Shown piece after piece: positions 9,223 through 20,100 of a stretch of 64,000 bases of DNA. Source of the DNA: a virus; the IMG/VR virus record IMGVR_UViG_3300023174_009221. One strand, written 5' to 3'. Position 1 is the stretch's first letter, and every line of letters begins with the position of its first letter. The position numbers were made by a program, and so were the translations under genes. The notes below the pieces were generated by a model. That model had not been told where the DNA came from, made no database searches, and saw only the letters and a list, made by a program, of their open reading frames with translations.

Positions 9223-10627
9223 AACGTTTGCTAAAACTTTCAAAAGTCTCCAGTTGATATGTTTTTTGAACTTCTCTATTGCTTTGTAGTTCTTTGCAAT
9301 GTTCAATAAAATTATCAAATACAGGCCAAGTTTCTTCTAATTCTTCAGGATGAAAAAGAATACCATATCTTTCTAAATTTGTATTTGATATACCAGAAAT
9401 TTTACCATCGATATAAGAAATCACCGAAAATCCATCAGGACAGCTGGTTGGAAAATCATGAAAACAAAATCTAAATTCAAGCCCTCCAGTATCCACTCCA
9501 CTAAAAAGAAAATGTGAAGTGTCTGGGTTTTCTAATTTGAAATTTCCACATTTTTCTGACTCACCTGATATCTCACTTCCGTAAAATTTGGCCATTGATT
9601 GAAAACCATAACAAAGTGCTAAAATTGGACAATCTAAATTTTCAAGCGCATACTCAGATGTCTGATATTCCCTTCTGTCCTCGGGTTTCAACATTCTGTA
9701 GTCAGAACCGGTAGAAATTGCTCCTATAATATTGAATTCACTACTGATTCTTTTAACATCATCCGGTGTAACTGCTACTTGATAGGGTATATCATTTACT
9801 CTTAAGTATCTTGCAACTTTTGGGAAATACTTAAACTGCGGAGATTTTGCATTATTGATAACCAAAACTATATCATTTTGCTGATAGGATTCTTTATAAG
9901 CATTCCCAAACTGAATCAGATCAGATGTGTCATTGTATAAGTGGTCGGTATTATTAATTACGTGGTGGTAACTGTCATATTTTTCATCTAAAAAACTAAG
10001 GTCACTTTCTGTGATATTTATACCATGTTCAAATGCGTTAAAAAACTTACACAACGCTGTTATTGATTCGTCAGCAAATCCCCAATGTGTTTCAGAATCA
10101 TACTTAGCGCCTATACCTGTATAGTGGATAATATTTATTTTATTTGGGGTTTCAATTGAAAACTCACACGCCATATGGTCACCGTAAGTAATATCGACAA
10201 GTAGTTTAATACCTCTTTCATTTTTTACAAAGTGTATGTCAAATTCCAACATCGAAGGTTCGCCGTTTTGAAGAGCATCATTTGGGTCTAATTCAGTGGG
10301 CTTTGGTCTTTCTAAATCAATATCATCTTGTCGAGCACTATTGTAGAAATAATTGAACTGCACAATATCAGCCTCTATTGAACAATCATTTTTATCAAAA
10401 ATATACTCGGTCGGGTGATCAGTGTCAGTAAGTGTTAAATCCGGATTTAAATTTTTAAGTTTAGGATTTGAATGTATTATAAAATAATCCGGCAGAAACT
10501 TCTCGAACCAATCCTGTTGAAATATTGAAATGGAACCGGGTTTTGAAATTACCCCACCCATATGAGGCATAGATTTGTTTCTATAAGGTTTGTTTACACC
10601 TTCGTTGAATTTCTTAAGATATTTCAT
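9215..10627 (-). CDS. Fusion: capsid-targeting-like peptide + unknown domain + class I glutamine amidotransferase domain
   Basis: MKYLKKFNE start; PILALCYGFQ nucleophile elbow and LFHPE (Cys-His-Glu triad); N-terminal domain paralogous to 15046..15636. Confidence 0.8.
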   Translation of the reverse strand: MKYLKKFNEGVNKPYRNKSMPHMGGVISKPGSISIFQQDWFEKFLPDYFIIHSNPKLKNLNPDLTLTDTDHPTEYIFDKNDCSIEADIVQFNYFYNSARQDDIDLERPKPTELDPNDALQNGEPSMLEFDIHFVKNERGIKLLVDITYGDHMACEFSIETPNKINIIHYTGIGAKYDSETHWGFADESITALCKFFNAFEHGINITESDLSFLDEKYDSYHHVINNTDHLYNDTSDLIQFGNAYKESYQQNDIVLVINNAKSPQFKYFPKVARYLRVNDIPYQVAVTPDDVKRISSEFNIIGAISTGSDYRMLKPEDRREYQTSEYALENLDCPILALCYGFQSMAKFYGSEISGESEKCGNFKLENPDTSHFLFSGVDTGGLEFRFCFHDFPTSCPDGFSVISYIDGKISGISNTNLERYGILFHPEELEETWPVFDNFIEHCKELQSNREVQKTYQLETFESFSKRFK

Positions 10628-10668
10628 ACTAAACTATATATTTTTTTCTGAAGATGTAATTTTGAAAA

Positions 10669-11889
10669 TTAATCCCAGTAATCATCATAGTAATCATTAG
10701 AGTAATCGAAATCCAGTGGATTTCTACCAACGAATTTGTTTGGCGAGTTTTTAATATAATCTAGCTCTGGTAAAAATTCTATAAGTTCATTTCTATCAGA
10801 AATCTTTTTCATTTTGGTAGCATCAGAATCACCTTCTCGAATAATTTTCAAATTCACACCATCCCAGTCAATTTTATCAAATTCAATTTCTAAAGACTTT
10901 AAAAAATCGAATATAATTGATTCTTCTTCAAGAATTCTACCTTCGTGTAAATCTACATTGACGACCTTATTTGTCCACTTTTCATACTCAACCTTTGATA
11001 CGTAGTTCCACTTTTTATCATGAAACCATTTATTTTCAGTAATCGGTTTGGTAATAGAGCCCCAATTTTTACCAGAATAATAACCAGAGCTTCTTGACGG
11101 ATAATCGTATGAATCATAATCATAATATCCCCCATAACTCTTATATTCTACTTTACTTGGGTCTCGTTCAACCGGTAGTGAATTCCAATCAACCAATAAG
11201 CAAGCTTTTGCTAGTTTTTCTAAGTGTTTAATATCTTGCGTTTCACCAAAGGTGTGCTCAGATTGGTAACCAACAGAAATGTTAGTACACTCTGGATAAA
11301 TACTAACAAATTGGAAAGAGTCTGTTAATATACCGGTATCGTCAGTTTGATATTTGAAATCATCATCGGCGCTGTTTAATTGTTCGGCCAGTGAATTGGT
11401 AAAAGTATCAGAGGCGCATCTTTTAGATGACTGAAAACTAATCACAGAAGTAGTTCCTCTTCTATCAAATGAGATAACTTTGTTAATACCTTCGATTTTA
11501 TCTTGCTTGTGTTTAGCTGATAATTTTTTAGAACCTACACACCCGACTTCTTCTCCTAAAAAGAAGTAATAAAGTCCTGGTATGTTATTTTGTATCATAT
11601 AAAGCATGATAGTTACACCGGCTTTATCATCGGCTCCTAAAATAGACGTTCCGTCAGTTTTGATAATATCACCATCTATGACATGGTTTACTTGGACATT
11701 TTGAGGAGTTGCTGTATCTAAGTGTGATGTAAACATAACATCGCTTTTACCAATCATTACAAATAGGTTTCCAAATTCATCCTGTTCGAGACCATCAACG
11801 GTAGAATGTAGTATTGGAAATAATAAGCTTTCGGTGCCATGTGGATAAGTTCTACTTGTTAACTCCAAGAACTTTTGTTTAATATTCAT
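10669..11889 (-). CDS. M28/M20-like zinc peptidase
   Basis: SHLDT, GADDKAG, GEEVG, FDRRG and EH metal-binding motifs. Confidence 0.88.
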   Translation of the reverse strand: MNIKQKFLELTSRTYPHGTESLLFPILHSTVDGLEQDEFGNLFVMIGKSDVMFTSHLDTATPQNVQVNHVIDGDIIKTDGTSILGADDKAGVTIMLYMIQNNIPGLYYFFLGEEVGCVGSKKLSAKHKQDKIEGINKVISFDRRGTTSVISFQSSKRCASDTFTNSLAEQLNSADDDFKYQTDDTGILTDSFQFVSIYPECTNISVGYQSEHTFGETQDIKHLEKLAKACLLVDWNSLPVERDPSKVEYKSYGGYYDYDSYDYPSRSSGYYSGKNWGSITKPITENKWFHDKKWNYVSKVEYEKWTNKVVNVDLHEGRILEEESIIFDFLKSLEIEFDKIDWDGVNLKIIREGDSDATKMKKISDRNELIEFLPELDYIKNSPNKFVGRNPLDFDYSNDYYDDYWD

Positions 11890-11927
11890 ATTTCAATTTT
11901 TTTAGATATACTTTAATATCATTTTTA

Positions 11928-11959
11928 CAAAGATACAAACTTATTAACAATATAACAAA
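11928..11959 (-). promoter_or_regulatory. Bacteroidota-type promoter (TTTG-N20-TATCTTTG)
   Basis: -7 element at 11928-11935, -33 TTTG at 11956-11959. Confidence 0.65.
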
Positions 11960-12005
11960 TTTTGATTGAAATTATTGTAAATAAATATTTTTAATATATA
12001 AACGT

Positions 12006-14798
12006 ATGGATATTTCTCAAGATTTGACAACGGGTATAATTACATTTTCAAACAAATTTGACGTAAATAAGATTACAACTATCCCACTTGTACTACCATC
12101 AGAAGATGGTGGTTTTGAGAGTTCACCGATTTCAGGAACTGCTGGATTCCAAGCTAATGGTTGGACAGTTGTAAATGACACCACTAGTCAATGGTTTGTA
12201 GGAGTGACAGGAGCCACTGGTCAATCGCAATTTGGAGCTTATATTTCATCAAATGGCGGACTAAGTGCCACTTATGGGAAAACAAGTTCAGTAAGTTGGT
12301 TTTACAGAGATATTAATCTACCACCGTATTCAAAAAAGATAGACCTGACATTTGATTTAAAAGTAGGCGGTGATTCATTTTATGATAAAGTTAGGGTTTT
12401 CAATCTACCCTCTGATTATAATTTGCTACCAGGAAAATTTATTTCTGGTCACTTAGAGGAATTTTCGAATGTTGGCTGGAAAAAAATAAAATTGTCGTCA
12501 AATCTAAACTTCTCTACGGCTACTCAATCGAGAAAGATAGCTTTTGGTTGGAATAATAATAAAGGTGTCCAATTTGGAGATAGCGCTAAAATCGACAACA
12601 TAGAAATTTCAGTAGACTGCGCATACCAAGACTTAAATTCTCCTCCAATTTTTACAAGCCCGGGTCAAGAATTTGTTTTAAGCTTTCCGGAACAACAATT
12701 TGTTAAAAACTTAAAATCTTTTAATTATGATACACTAGGCATCAACCAAGAAAGATATTTAATACCTTATTATAGAATCTCAAGAGATAGTCTATCATGG
12801 ACAGAATGGACAACCATAAAGACAAATTTTGATGACTTTCCAAAAATTGATCCACTTGATCCGTTTTATCTTGAAATAAAATGGATAAGAAAAGGAACAT
12901 CTGATATAGGCATTATTAGACTAATTGAATATAAAATAGAAGGCCAACTTGAAAGAGAAATTCAAGAAGAAGATGGGGTTACCACTTTGGTGCAAAAAGA
13001 TAAATCAATTGTGATAAAACCACCCTTTATCTATAAAGTTTTTAAAATATTTGACACAGAAATTATATCATCAACTGGCATACCAGAGGGTTGTAAAGTA
13101 TCATACAGGTATTCTCAAGACAACTCTAAAAGTTGGTCAAAATGGGAACCTTTTGATAAACAACACATCACAACTATTAGAATAAATCCTATCAGATTTT
13201 TTCAAATAGAGTATTTAATCGAAAATAATTCGCAAATCCCTGTCAGTATTCAGGACATAAATTTAATAGGTGATTTTCAAAACGTCACAGAAGACTATAA
13301 AAAAACAAATCTTTTTGGTATAAGACAATGTTGCCAATCAAATATAATGGGAACTTATGACCAAAACGGAGTATTTATACCAAACACAACGCTTAATCAA
13401 ACCGGCGGTCAGGGTGGACCAGGTTGTGACCCAAATATTAGTTCACTTCCACAAATGACAACCGATGAAAAAGCCGGTTTATACAACCCTTATCAACAGA
13501 GTCAGGCTATGAATCTTCTACAAAAGTTGTCTAATGATTCCCAGATGATATTTGGACACCGTGTTATCTATTTTGCCACCGACCCAGATAAAAAAGGAAC
13601 CGATCATATTATAAACGAATATCAGTTGTTTAATGTTGTTTGCGAAGGTGAATTAAAAATATCGGTGGATAATAATCAATTTCCAGACTCGCAGATTGTT
13701 ATGAATCAATTTGACTTGAATTTATTTGAAACATTCCAAGTTCATGTAACAAAACAACAGTTTAAAGAATTATTTGGTCCACAAAGAAGACCAGCAAAAG
13801 AAGATTTTCTCTATTTTTGCGACTTAAATAGGATGTATTCTGTAGATCACGCTCAACAATTTAGAAATTTTAACAACGCGGCTGTTTATTACAAATTGGT
13901 GCTGAAAAAATACAACAGAACAGCAAACATCGACTACGCAGACAACAACATCAAAAATACTGTTAGTAACCTTACTAAAAATACAACTATTGATGAGTTA
14001 TTTTCACCAGAAATTACAGAACAAAAAGACGCAATTGCTAATAAAAATCAAAATCAGCCTCTTACAAGAGAACCAATAAGGTTGGAATACTTAGCAGAAA
14101 TTAGTAAAGAACTAATTGAGAATTCATCTACAATTATTTCAAAATCTCATTACGATTTATCATCAGTAAAGTTTGGTGATGTTGCGGTAAGGTATAAAAA
14201 CTTAAAAACGGTATTCAATTCAACCAGCAATTTTGGCTTTTATTGTTGGTTTAATTTAAATAATTATATCCAAGATGAATCGTATAATCTATTTCACTTT
14301 TTTGACAGACTAAATATAAAAGGGTGGAAAGTGAATTTAATAAATGATCAAATAAACCTACAAATGGAAAATGACGTTTACACCTGGAACTTAAAATCGT
14401 CTCCAACAGGTGACACCACCGCATTATCAGAAGAGACTTGGTATTGCTATGTAATAAACATAGACCAAAGAAATAGCCAAGTTTCACAGTGGATTTACAA
14501 AAGAGACGTAGAAGAAGAAGAACAAGCATCAACGTTATTCTTTACAACTTTAAGAAAAGTCTATGATAATACTCAATCGATTTCGACCATTTCATTTGAA
14601 GTAGATGGATTTGCTCCAGAAATTTTAGCTTCTGATATGAAAATGACTAACATTCGTCTATTTAACGATATTATACCAGAAACAACACACAACAAAATTT
14701 TGAATCAATATATTATCGGAGATGACTCTAAATATTTAATTTTTGCAGATAATGCAACTACTAGGATTTATTTACCTAAATTTCCGCTTTTTGAGTGA
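12006..14798 (+). CDS. Virion structural protein with a gp14-like neck-type domain and beta-sandwich domains
   Basis: FGHRVIYF...QFDLNLFETFQVHVTK..F...FG...RPAKEDFLYF resembles T4 gp14-like proteins; LamG-like C-terminus; TAATATATA at 11992-12000. Confidence 0.6.
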   Translation: MDISQDLTTGIITFSNKFDVNKITTIPLVLPSEDGGFESSPISGTAGFQANGWTVVNDTTSQWFVGVTGATGQSQFGAYISSNGGLSATYGKTSSVSWFYRDINLPPYSKKIDLTFDLKVGGDSFYDKVRVFNLPSDYNLLPGKFISGHLEEFSNVGWKKIKLSSNLNFSTATQSRKIAFGWNNNKGVQFGDSAKIDNIEISVDCAYQDLNSPPIFTSPGQEFVLSFPEQQFVKNLKSFNYDTLGINQERYLIPYYRISRDSLSWTEWTTIKTNFDDFPKIDPLDPFYLEIKWIRKGTSDIGIIRLIEYKIEGQLEREIQEEDGVTTLVQKDKSIVIKPPFIYKVFKIFDTEIISSTGIPEGCKVSYRYSQDNSKSWSKWEPFDKQHITTIRINPIRFFQIEYLIENNSQIPVSIQDINLIGDFQNVTEDYKKTNLFGIRQCCQSNIMGTYDQNGVFIPNTTLNQTGGQGGPGCDPNISSLPQMTTDEKAGLYNPYQQSQAMNLLQKLSNDSQMIFGHRVIYFATDPDKKGTDHIINEYQLFNVVCEGELKISVDNNQFPDSQIVMNQFDLNLFETFQVHVTKQQFKELFGPQRRPAKEDFLYFCDLNRMYSVDHAQQFRNFNNAAVYYKLVLKKYNRTANIDYADNNIKNTVSNLTKNTTIDELFSPEITEQKDAIANKNQNQPLTREPIRLEYLAEISKELIENSSTIISKSHYDLSSVKFGDVAVRYKNLKTVFNSTSNFGFYCWFNLNNYIQDESYNLFHFFDRLNIKGWKVNLINDQINLQMENDVYTWNLKSSPTGDTTALSEETWYCYVINIDQRNSQVSQWIYKRDVEEEEQASTLFFTTLRKVYDNTQSISTISFEVDGFAPEILASDMKMTNIRLFNDIIPETTHNKILNQYIIGDDSKYLIFADNATTRIYLPKFPLFE

Positions 14799-14799
14799 T

Positions 14800-14982
14800 T
14801 TAAGAGTTTTGAGTTCCAGAATCCTTTTGAATTTTCTTCTTTTTCCAAATTTCTATATCCTGTTCCATAAATCTCCTCAGTCTTTTTGAAGCATTCATGG
14901 AATTCTCATCACAAAATTGCTTATATTCTTCTAATAATTTTTCCGATACTCTGATTGCGAACATTTTATCTTTTGATGCCAT
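14800..14982 (-). CDS. Small ribbon-helix-helix-like DNA-binding protein
   Basis: KDKMFAIRVSEKLLEEYKQFC...NASKRLRRFM pattern. Confidence 0.65.
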   Translation of the reverse strand: MASKDKMFAIRVSEKLLEEYKQFCDENSMNASKRLRRFMEQDIEIWKKKKIQKDSGTQNS

Positions 14983-15045
14983 TGATTTATATTTTTTAAG
15001 ATATATATAAATGTATGGACATTCCCAGTAATCAAATCGGATAAA

Positions 15046-15636
15046 TTAAATATTTCTTAGAAAATTAAAATCTTCAATCTCTAAATTACCTAAGTCGGTA
15101 GTAGGTGTTTTTCTACCACTTAATCTAAATCCAAATCTATTAAAAAACGCTACAAGTTGTCGCACATTTGAATCTTCAAAAGCAAATAGAGTATTACTTG
15201 GGTCAAACTTTGAACCATAACTGGTTTGTTGAAAACAATTAACTCCGCTTTTTTCATCAATAGTAAACTCACAAGCCATTTCATCACCAAAAGTGATGTC
15301 AACATCTAATCTTAAATTTTTATTTTTTGTAAGATCCTCATTTTCATAACTCAAAGATCCAGAACTAACCACGGTTGTTGAATCAGCATATGATTTTTCA
15401 GTGTCATACTGTGCCATATAGATATCAATTTCAAGTGTATCAGGAGCCCCCTCACCTTCAAAATAGTAGGTTATTTGTATCATATCGCTATTTAACATAA
15501 TATTTCCTCGAGTATAGCGGACTCTTTGAATTTCATTATATTGGCCTTTAATAACTATTATTTGATTTGGCAGAAAAGATTCCCAGGCCGGATCATAAAT
15601 GTAAAGTCTTTCATTAAATCTCTTTAAATATTTCAT
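15046..15636 (-). CDS. Putative internal head protein; paralog of the N-terminal domain of 9215..10627
   Basis: MKYLKRFNE start; VDITFGDEMACEF matches VDITYGDHMACEF. Confidence 0.8.
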   Translation of the reverse strand: MKYLKRFNERLYIYDPAWESFLPNQIIVIKGQYNEIQRVRYTRGNIMLNSDMIQITYYFEGEGAPDTLEIDIYMAQYDTEKSYADSTTVVSSGSLSYENEDLTKNKNLRLDVDITFGDEMACEFTIDEKSGVNCFQQTSYGSKFDPSNTLFAFEDSNVRQLVAFFNRFGFRLSGRKTPTTDLGNLEIEDFNFLRNI

Positions 15637-15648
15637 ATCTCTTAGTTT

Positions 15649-15660
15649 TAATATATATTA
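15649..15660. promoter_or_regulatory. Palindromic bidirectional promoter-like motif TAATATATATTA
   Basis: Perfect 12-bp palindrome carrying TAATATATA on both strands, between two divergent MKYL- genes. Confidence 0.65.
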
Positions 15661-15663
15661 AAT

Positions 15664-16107
15664 ATGAAATATTTAAGAAAGATATTTGAAAATAACGAAA
15701 AAACAATCAAATATGTAGGGGATTGCTTTTTAGATATTTGTGAAAATCCAAACTTTGAAGTTGATGATTTAGTAGAAATTGATAGTCCAGTCGAGATTGC
15801 TCAAACTTTACACGACTTAGAAACTAGTAAAAACCTATCAATCGGTGACGTGATGGTCTTAAAACTACATATAGAATTGGGTAAAAAATTATCTTTTTCA
15901 CAACCTATTAGTTCAAATCTTTATATCGGAAAAGTTAAAACTGATCTAGAATTTTTAAGAATGAAAAATGATAAATTGACTGAGTTATATAATGACATAG
16001 AAGTGGCTTTAAATAGAATAAAAGATGTATTTGATTGGAAGTCTGATTTTATAATAAAAGCTAATAGAAGAGAAGAAATTGATATCATAATACTAATTAT
16101 AAAATAA
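15664..16107 (+). CDS. Putative internal head protein
   Basis: MKYLRKIFE start. Confidence 0.7.
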   Translation: MKYLRKIFENNEKTIKYVGDCFLDICENPNFEVDDLVEIDSPVEIAQTLHDLETSKNLSIGDVMVLKLHIELGKKLSFSQPISSNLYIGKVKTDLEFLRMKNDKLTELYNDIEVALNRIKDVFDWKSDFIIKANRREEIDIIILIIK

Positions 16108-16119
16108 AATTTAAAAATC

Positions 16120-16485
16120 ATGCAAAGACCACAGACAACAATTATTGACCAACAACAAGTAGAATCTGAAAGAGAAGTCACCGGATGGGAAGCAGAGCAG
16201 TTGCTTAGAAAGTATGGACATCAACCTCAACAATTTTCTTCATTACCAATAGTCGAACAACCGACACAAGATCAAAATTTAACCTTTGAAGAAATGTTGA
16301 AAGTAGAAGAAGATAAAAGAAGAGATTTAATTCTAAAACAACAGCAAAGAATCAACGGACCAAAGCCGGTCACTTTTGATGGCTCTCGCGGTTACGATTC
16401 AGAGATTAAATATTCACAGGACGAAGATTCTGGATTTGGCTTCAAAGTTGAAATTACTTCTGATATGAAAATTCCAAAATATTAA
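16120..16485 (+). CDS. Hypothetical protein
   Basis: 121-aa Q/E-rich ORF with A-rich leader. Confidence 0.7.
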   Translation: MQRPQTTIIDQQQVESEREVTGWEAEQLLRKYGHQPQQFSSLPIVEQPTQDQNLTFEEMLKVEEDKRRDLILKQQQRINGPKPVTFDGSRGYDSEIKYSQDEDSGFGFKVEITSDMKIPKY

Positions 16486-17090
16486 ATTTTTTGAAAAACC
16501 ACAATATCATCAATTTCAACTTTTTTGACACCCGACAACTCGGTCAATATACCATGCATACCAATACCAGCATTTTTATTTTCGATAAGCAATGCTCCAG
16601 AAGATATTTCTTCAATAACCTTTTGGTAAAACTTTCTTAATTTTTCAAGAGTCTTGAAAGGGGTAAAACAATAAACAATATTAAAATTAGAATAATCAAA
16701 ATCCATAATATCACCGTCTACAACAGTTAAATTATTTTGCCAAAAATCTAATAATTTATTTTTTAGAAAATCTAAATAAGTTTTTTCTTTTTCAATTCCG
16801 GTAAAGAAGAACTTTTTTCCATCATTAAATAATTTAGACTGTAGGTAAATATCAAATAAGGCAACTCCCAGTCCTATCCCACAATCACAAATTTGATTAT
16901 TTTCTAATAAAAGACCCCTTTCATCTAATCTTTGAAGTAAAAAAATATTTTGTTCGATATTTGACATAACATAGTGCCACTCTTCATTTGCTAAAAAATT
17001 ATCTTTTGATGAGTCGAATTCAGTCCACTGTGTTTTTGAGAGCTGATAATATTTGATGAGTAATTGATTGGGTTCCACTTCTTCTACCAT
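16482..17090 (-). CDS. Class I SAM-dependent methyltransferase (paralog of 46902..47498)
   Basis: ICDCGIGLG, FTGIEK, GDIMDFDYS, VYCFTPF; start moved to MVEEVEP (17090) by alignment with the paralog. Confidence 0.8.
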   Translation of the reverse strand: MVEEVEPNQLLIKYYQLSKTQWTEFDSSKDNFLANEEWHYVMSNIEQNIFLLQRLDERGLLLENNQICDCGIGLGVALFDIYLQSKLFNDGKKFFFTGIEKEKTYLDFLKNKLLDFWQNNLTVVDGDIMDFDYSNFNIVYCFTPFKTLEKLRKFYQKVIEEISSGALLIENKNAGIGMHGILTELSGVKKVEIDDIVVFQKI

Positions 17091-17175
17091 ACGATTATAA
17101 TATAATTTTTGAAATAAGTTTATCAAATAAGAGTTTAATAAATAATATATACACCATAAAAATAAAATCATTTTA

Positions 17176-20100
17176 ATGAGTTATATATCATTTGGTTCGT
17201 CCTTTTCATTTGCTACTTCCGCTACGCCTTCAGGATGGTTATTAGGTTATGATGTAGATGGAATACTTAAACAAAAAGATTCTTCTGGAAACATAACACT
17301 TGTTGGAGGAGGACCAACAGCAGGAAACTTAGGCACATACTCACTTAGTGATATTCTATCAATTGGAAACAACACATCGAATCAAAATATTATTTTTGGA
17401 ACGCAAACCTATTTGAAAAGTTCTAACGGGGGTGGAAAAATTGAATTAGATTATTTAGGTTTGACAAATTCCATTTTATTATCAACCGATAATAGCGCAC
17501 TTGGTGAATCTGGTTTACTTTTACAGAATTCTGTGGTTAATCTCTTCTCAAAAGCATATAAATCGGCTATTAATTTTGGAGGCAGTGGAAATAACATTTC
17601 TATCTACAATTTAAATCCAGGTGGCTGGATTTCAATTGGAGTTGATTCTACACTTAATTATTCACAAATAGACGAAATTAAAGTCATGGATAACACATCA
17701 CTTACCGCATCAACGGGTAATAGTGACAAATCAGCTGTATTAATTGGAACAAAAAACTCAAAAATATATCCAGGTGTTTCAAATACGGTAATATTAGGTG
17801 GAGATAACATTGTAGCGTCTCAGTCTAATTCAGTTTATGTTCCAGACTTATATTTTGGTGTGAATAACTCGATTAGATCAACTGGTTCAGACACGATGTT
17901 TACACTAAGTGAAGGTAATGGCTTAACGATTTTAGACCGAAATATGTTTAATTACGACAAAGCTTGGGTTGTTTTAGGAACTGATTGGAATCCGCTACTC
18001 TTTCCACTTTCACCTAAACAATACAGGGAGCTGATAGACATAGGTGTTAACTCTGATCCTGGTTCTGGAACCAATTCGATTATTGTAATTTCAAATACTA
18101 AAGGACCCACATTTGCTTGGGTTGAATACTCTTCGCTAATAATGGATAAAAGTGATTTAACGATTAGCTCATCTGACCCCGATACGACTTATGATACGAT
18201 TAAATTGAATCTTAATGCTGAAATTGGAACAGCTAAAATATCAGGCCCAATATCAACATTTAAAGGGTTAGAATACACAGATGATTATTCTCTAAATTTC
18301 TCAACACATTCATTAGTAGATAAAAATTATGTTACAAGTATTTTATCCAATCCGAATTTATCTACTGTCTTAACATCAGGAAATGACTCTGGTGTGAAAG
18401 ATATTATTATGGGAACCGGAACGGTTATAAAATCCAACAATGGAGGCGGTCAATTAGACTTGGACTTTTCAAGCACATCAGACGACGTTTTGATATCGAC
18501 CGATTCAGGAGCACTTTCTCAAGCTTATGTTTATTTACAAGGAAATAACATACAAATAGAAGCCCCTGGTCAATTTGATTTGACTGCCAATTCGGCCTAT
18601 ATTGATACAGGGGATTCACTTGGTTTGCAATACTCAAATTCTTTTGAATCGACATTTGTAACCTACTCACTTGTATCAAAAAGATATGTCGATTTAGGAA
18701 CAGCTTCAATTTGGAATGTTTTGTCTTTGTCTGCAACAGGTTCTGGATCAACTAATTATGTTCCTAAATGGAAATCTTCACAAAATTTATCTTCAACATC
18801 ATCTGTTTATATTACTGATGCTATAGCAAAAGATACATTTTCTACGCTAAATTGCGGAAATAGACCTATTGGCGTTGAATATGATGGATATAATAATTTA
18901 ATTTGGGTCACAAACGCACTTTCAAATAATTTATCTATATTCAACTCAGACACTTTACAAATAGTAGCCACTGTATCAGTTGGTAACTATCCAATATCAA
19001 TAAGTTGGGACTCAGTAAATAATCAGATGTTTGTAGCAAACCAAAACTCAGACAATGTTTCGGTTATTGATACGGTTACAAAAGCAGTCACGGCTACAAT
19101 TTCAGTTGGAAACTTTCCTACCGGTGTAATTGTCGACAATAGTAACGGCTTAACGTTTGTTTCCAATCAAATTGGAGCTTCGGTAAGTGTAATTAACAAC
19201 AACTCACTTTCAATTACCTCTTCTATATCAATAGCTACCCCAAGACAGTTTACAATAGATTCTGATAACGGAAATCTTTGGGTCACTGGAGTTGGTCCAG
19301 ATTTTATCGCAAAAGTAGATATAAATACACTGACCATAAGTTCAACAGTTTCGGTTGGAACAAACCCGTATGGGGCGACCTGGGATAAATATGGTGGCAA
19401 AATATATGTATCAAACTATGTATCAAACAACGTATCAGTTATTGACACTACAAGCGACACAATAGTAGCAACGGTATCTGTTGGTAATAACCCAGATGGA
19501 GTTTTATATGACGGAGTAAACAAAAGAGTTTATGTTGCCTGTAGCGGCTCTGGTGTGGTATCAGTAATTGATACTTTATCAGATACTGTTATCTCATCAA
19601 TTTTGGTTAATAATTCACCAAAAGAATTTGCCTATGACTTAAAAAACAGTAGAGTGGCTGTTTCTAATTCAACTGTGAACACTTTACAACTCATTGAAAC
19701 AATTGATAAACAAGATTTTGTTGGAATAAACACTCATCTACCAACTTCTAAATTAGATGTCAGGGGCAGAATCACAACAGAAGAACTTAGAATTTCAACA
19801 GGAGCAGTCAATGGATATATTTTGGTTTCTGATGACGCAGGTATTGCAAGTTGGACATCTTCGAATTTTACTTTTTCTAGCACAAGTGGTACTAGCGGAA
19901 CTTCACCAGCAATCAACACACAAATGAACTGGTCTAATTCAAATAACTCCTATCAACAGTTGACAATTTTCGGAGTTACTGCAAACGGATCAATGATAGG
20001 AGCAACAGGTGGATTTTACTTTACACCACAATCTACCGGTGATGTTTGGGTATCATATCAGTTTTCAGGCGAACCACAAGATGATGCCATTATTCAACTA

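Noticed and set aside
9215-10627. Calling this gene GMP synthase (guaA)
   Set aside because: Only the GATase domain is present; no SGGVDS ATP-pyrophosphatase domain
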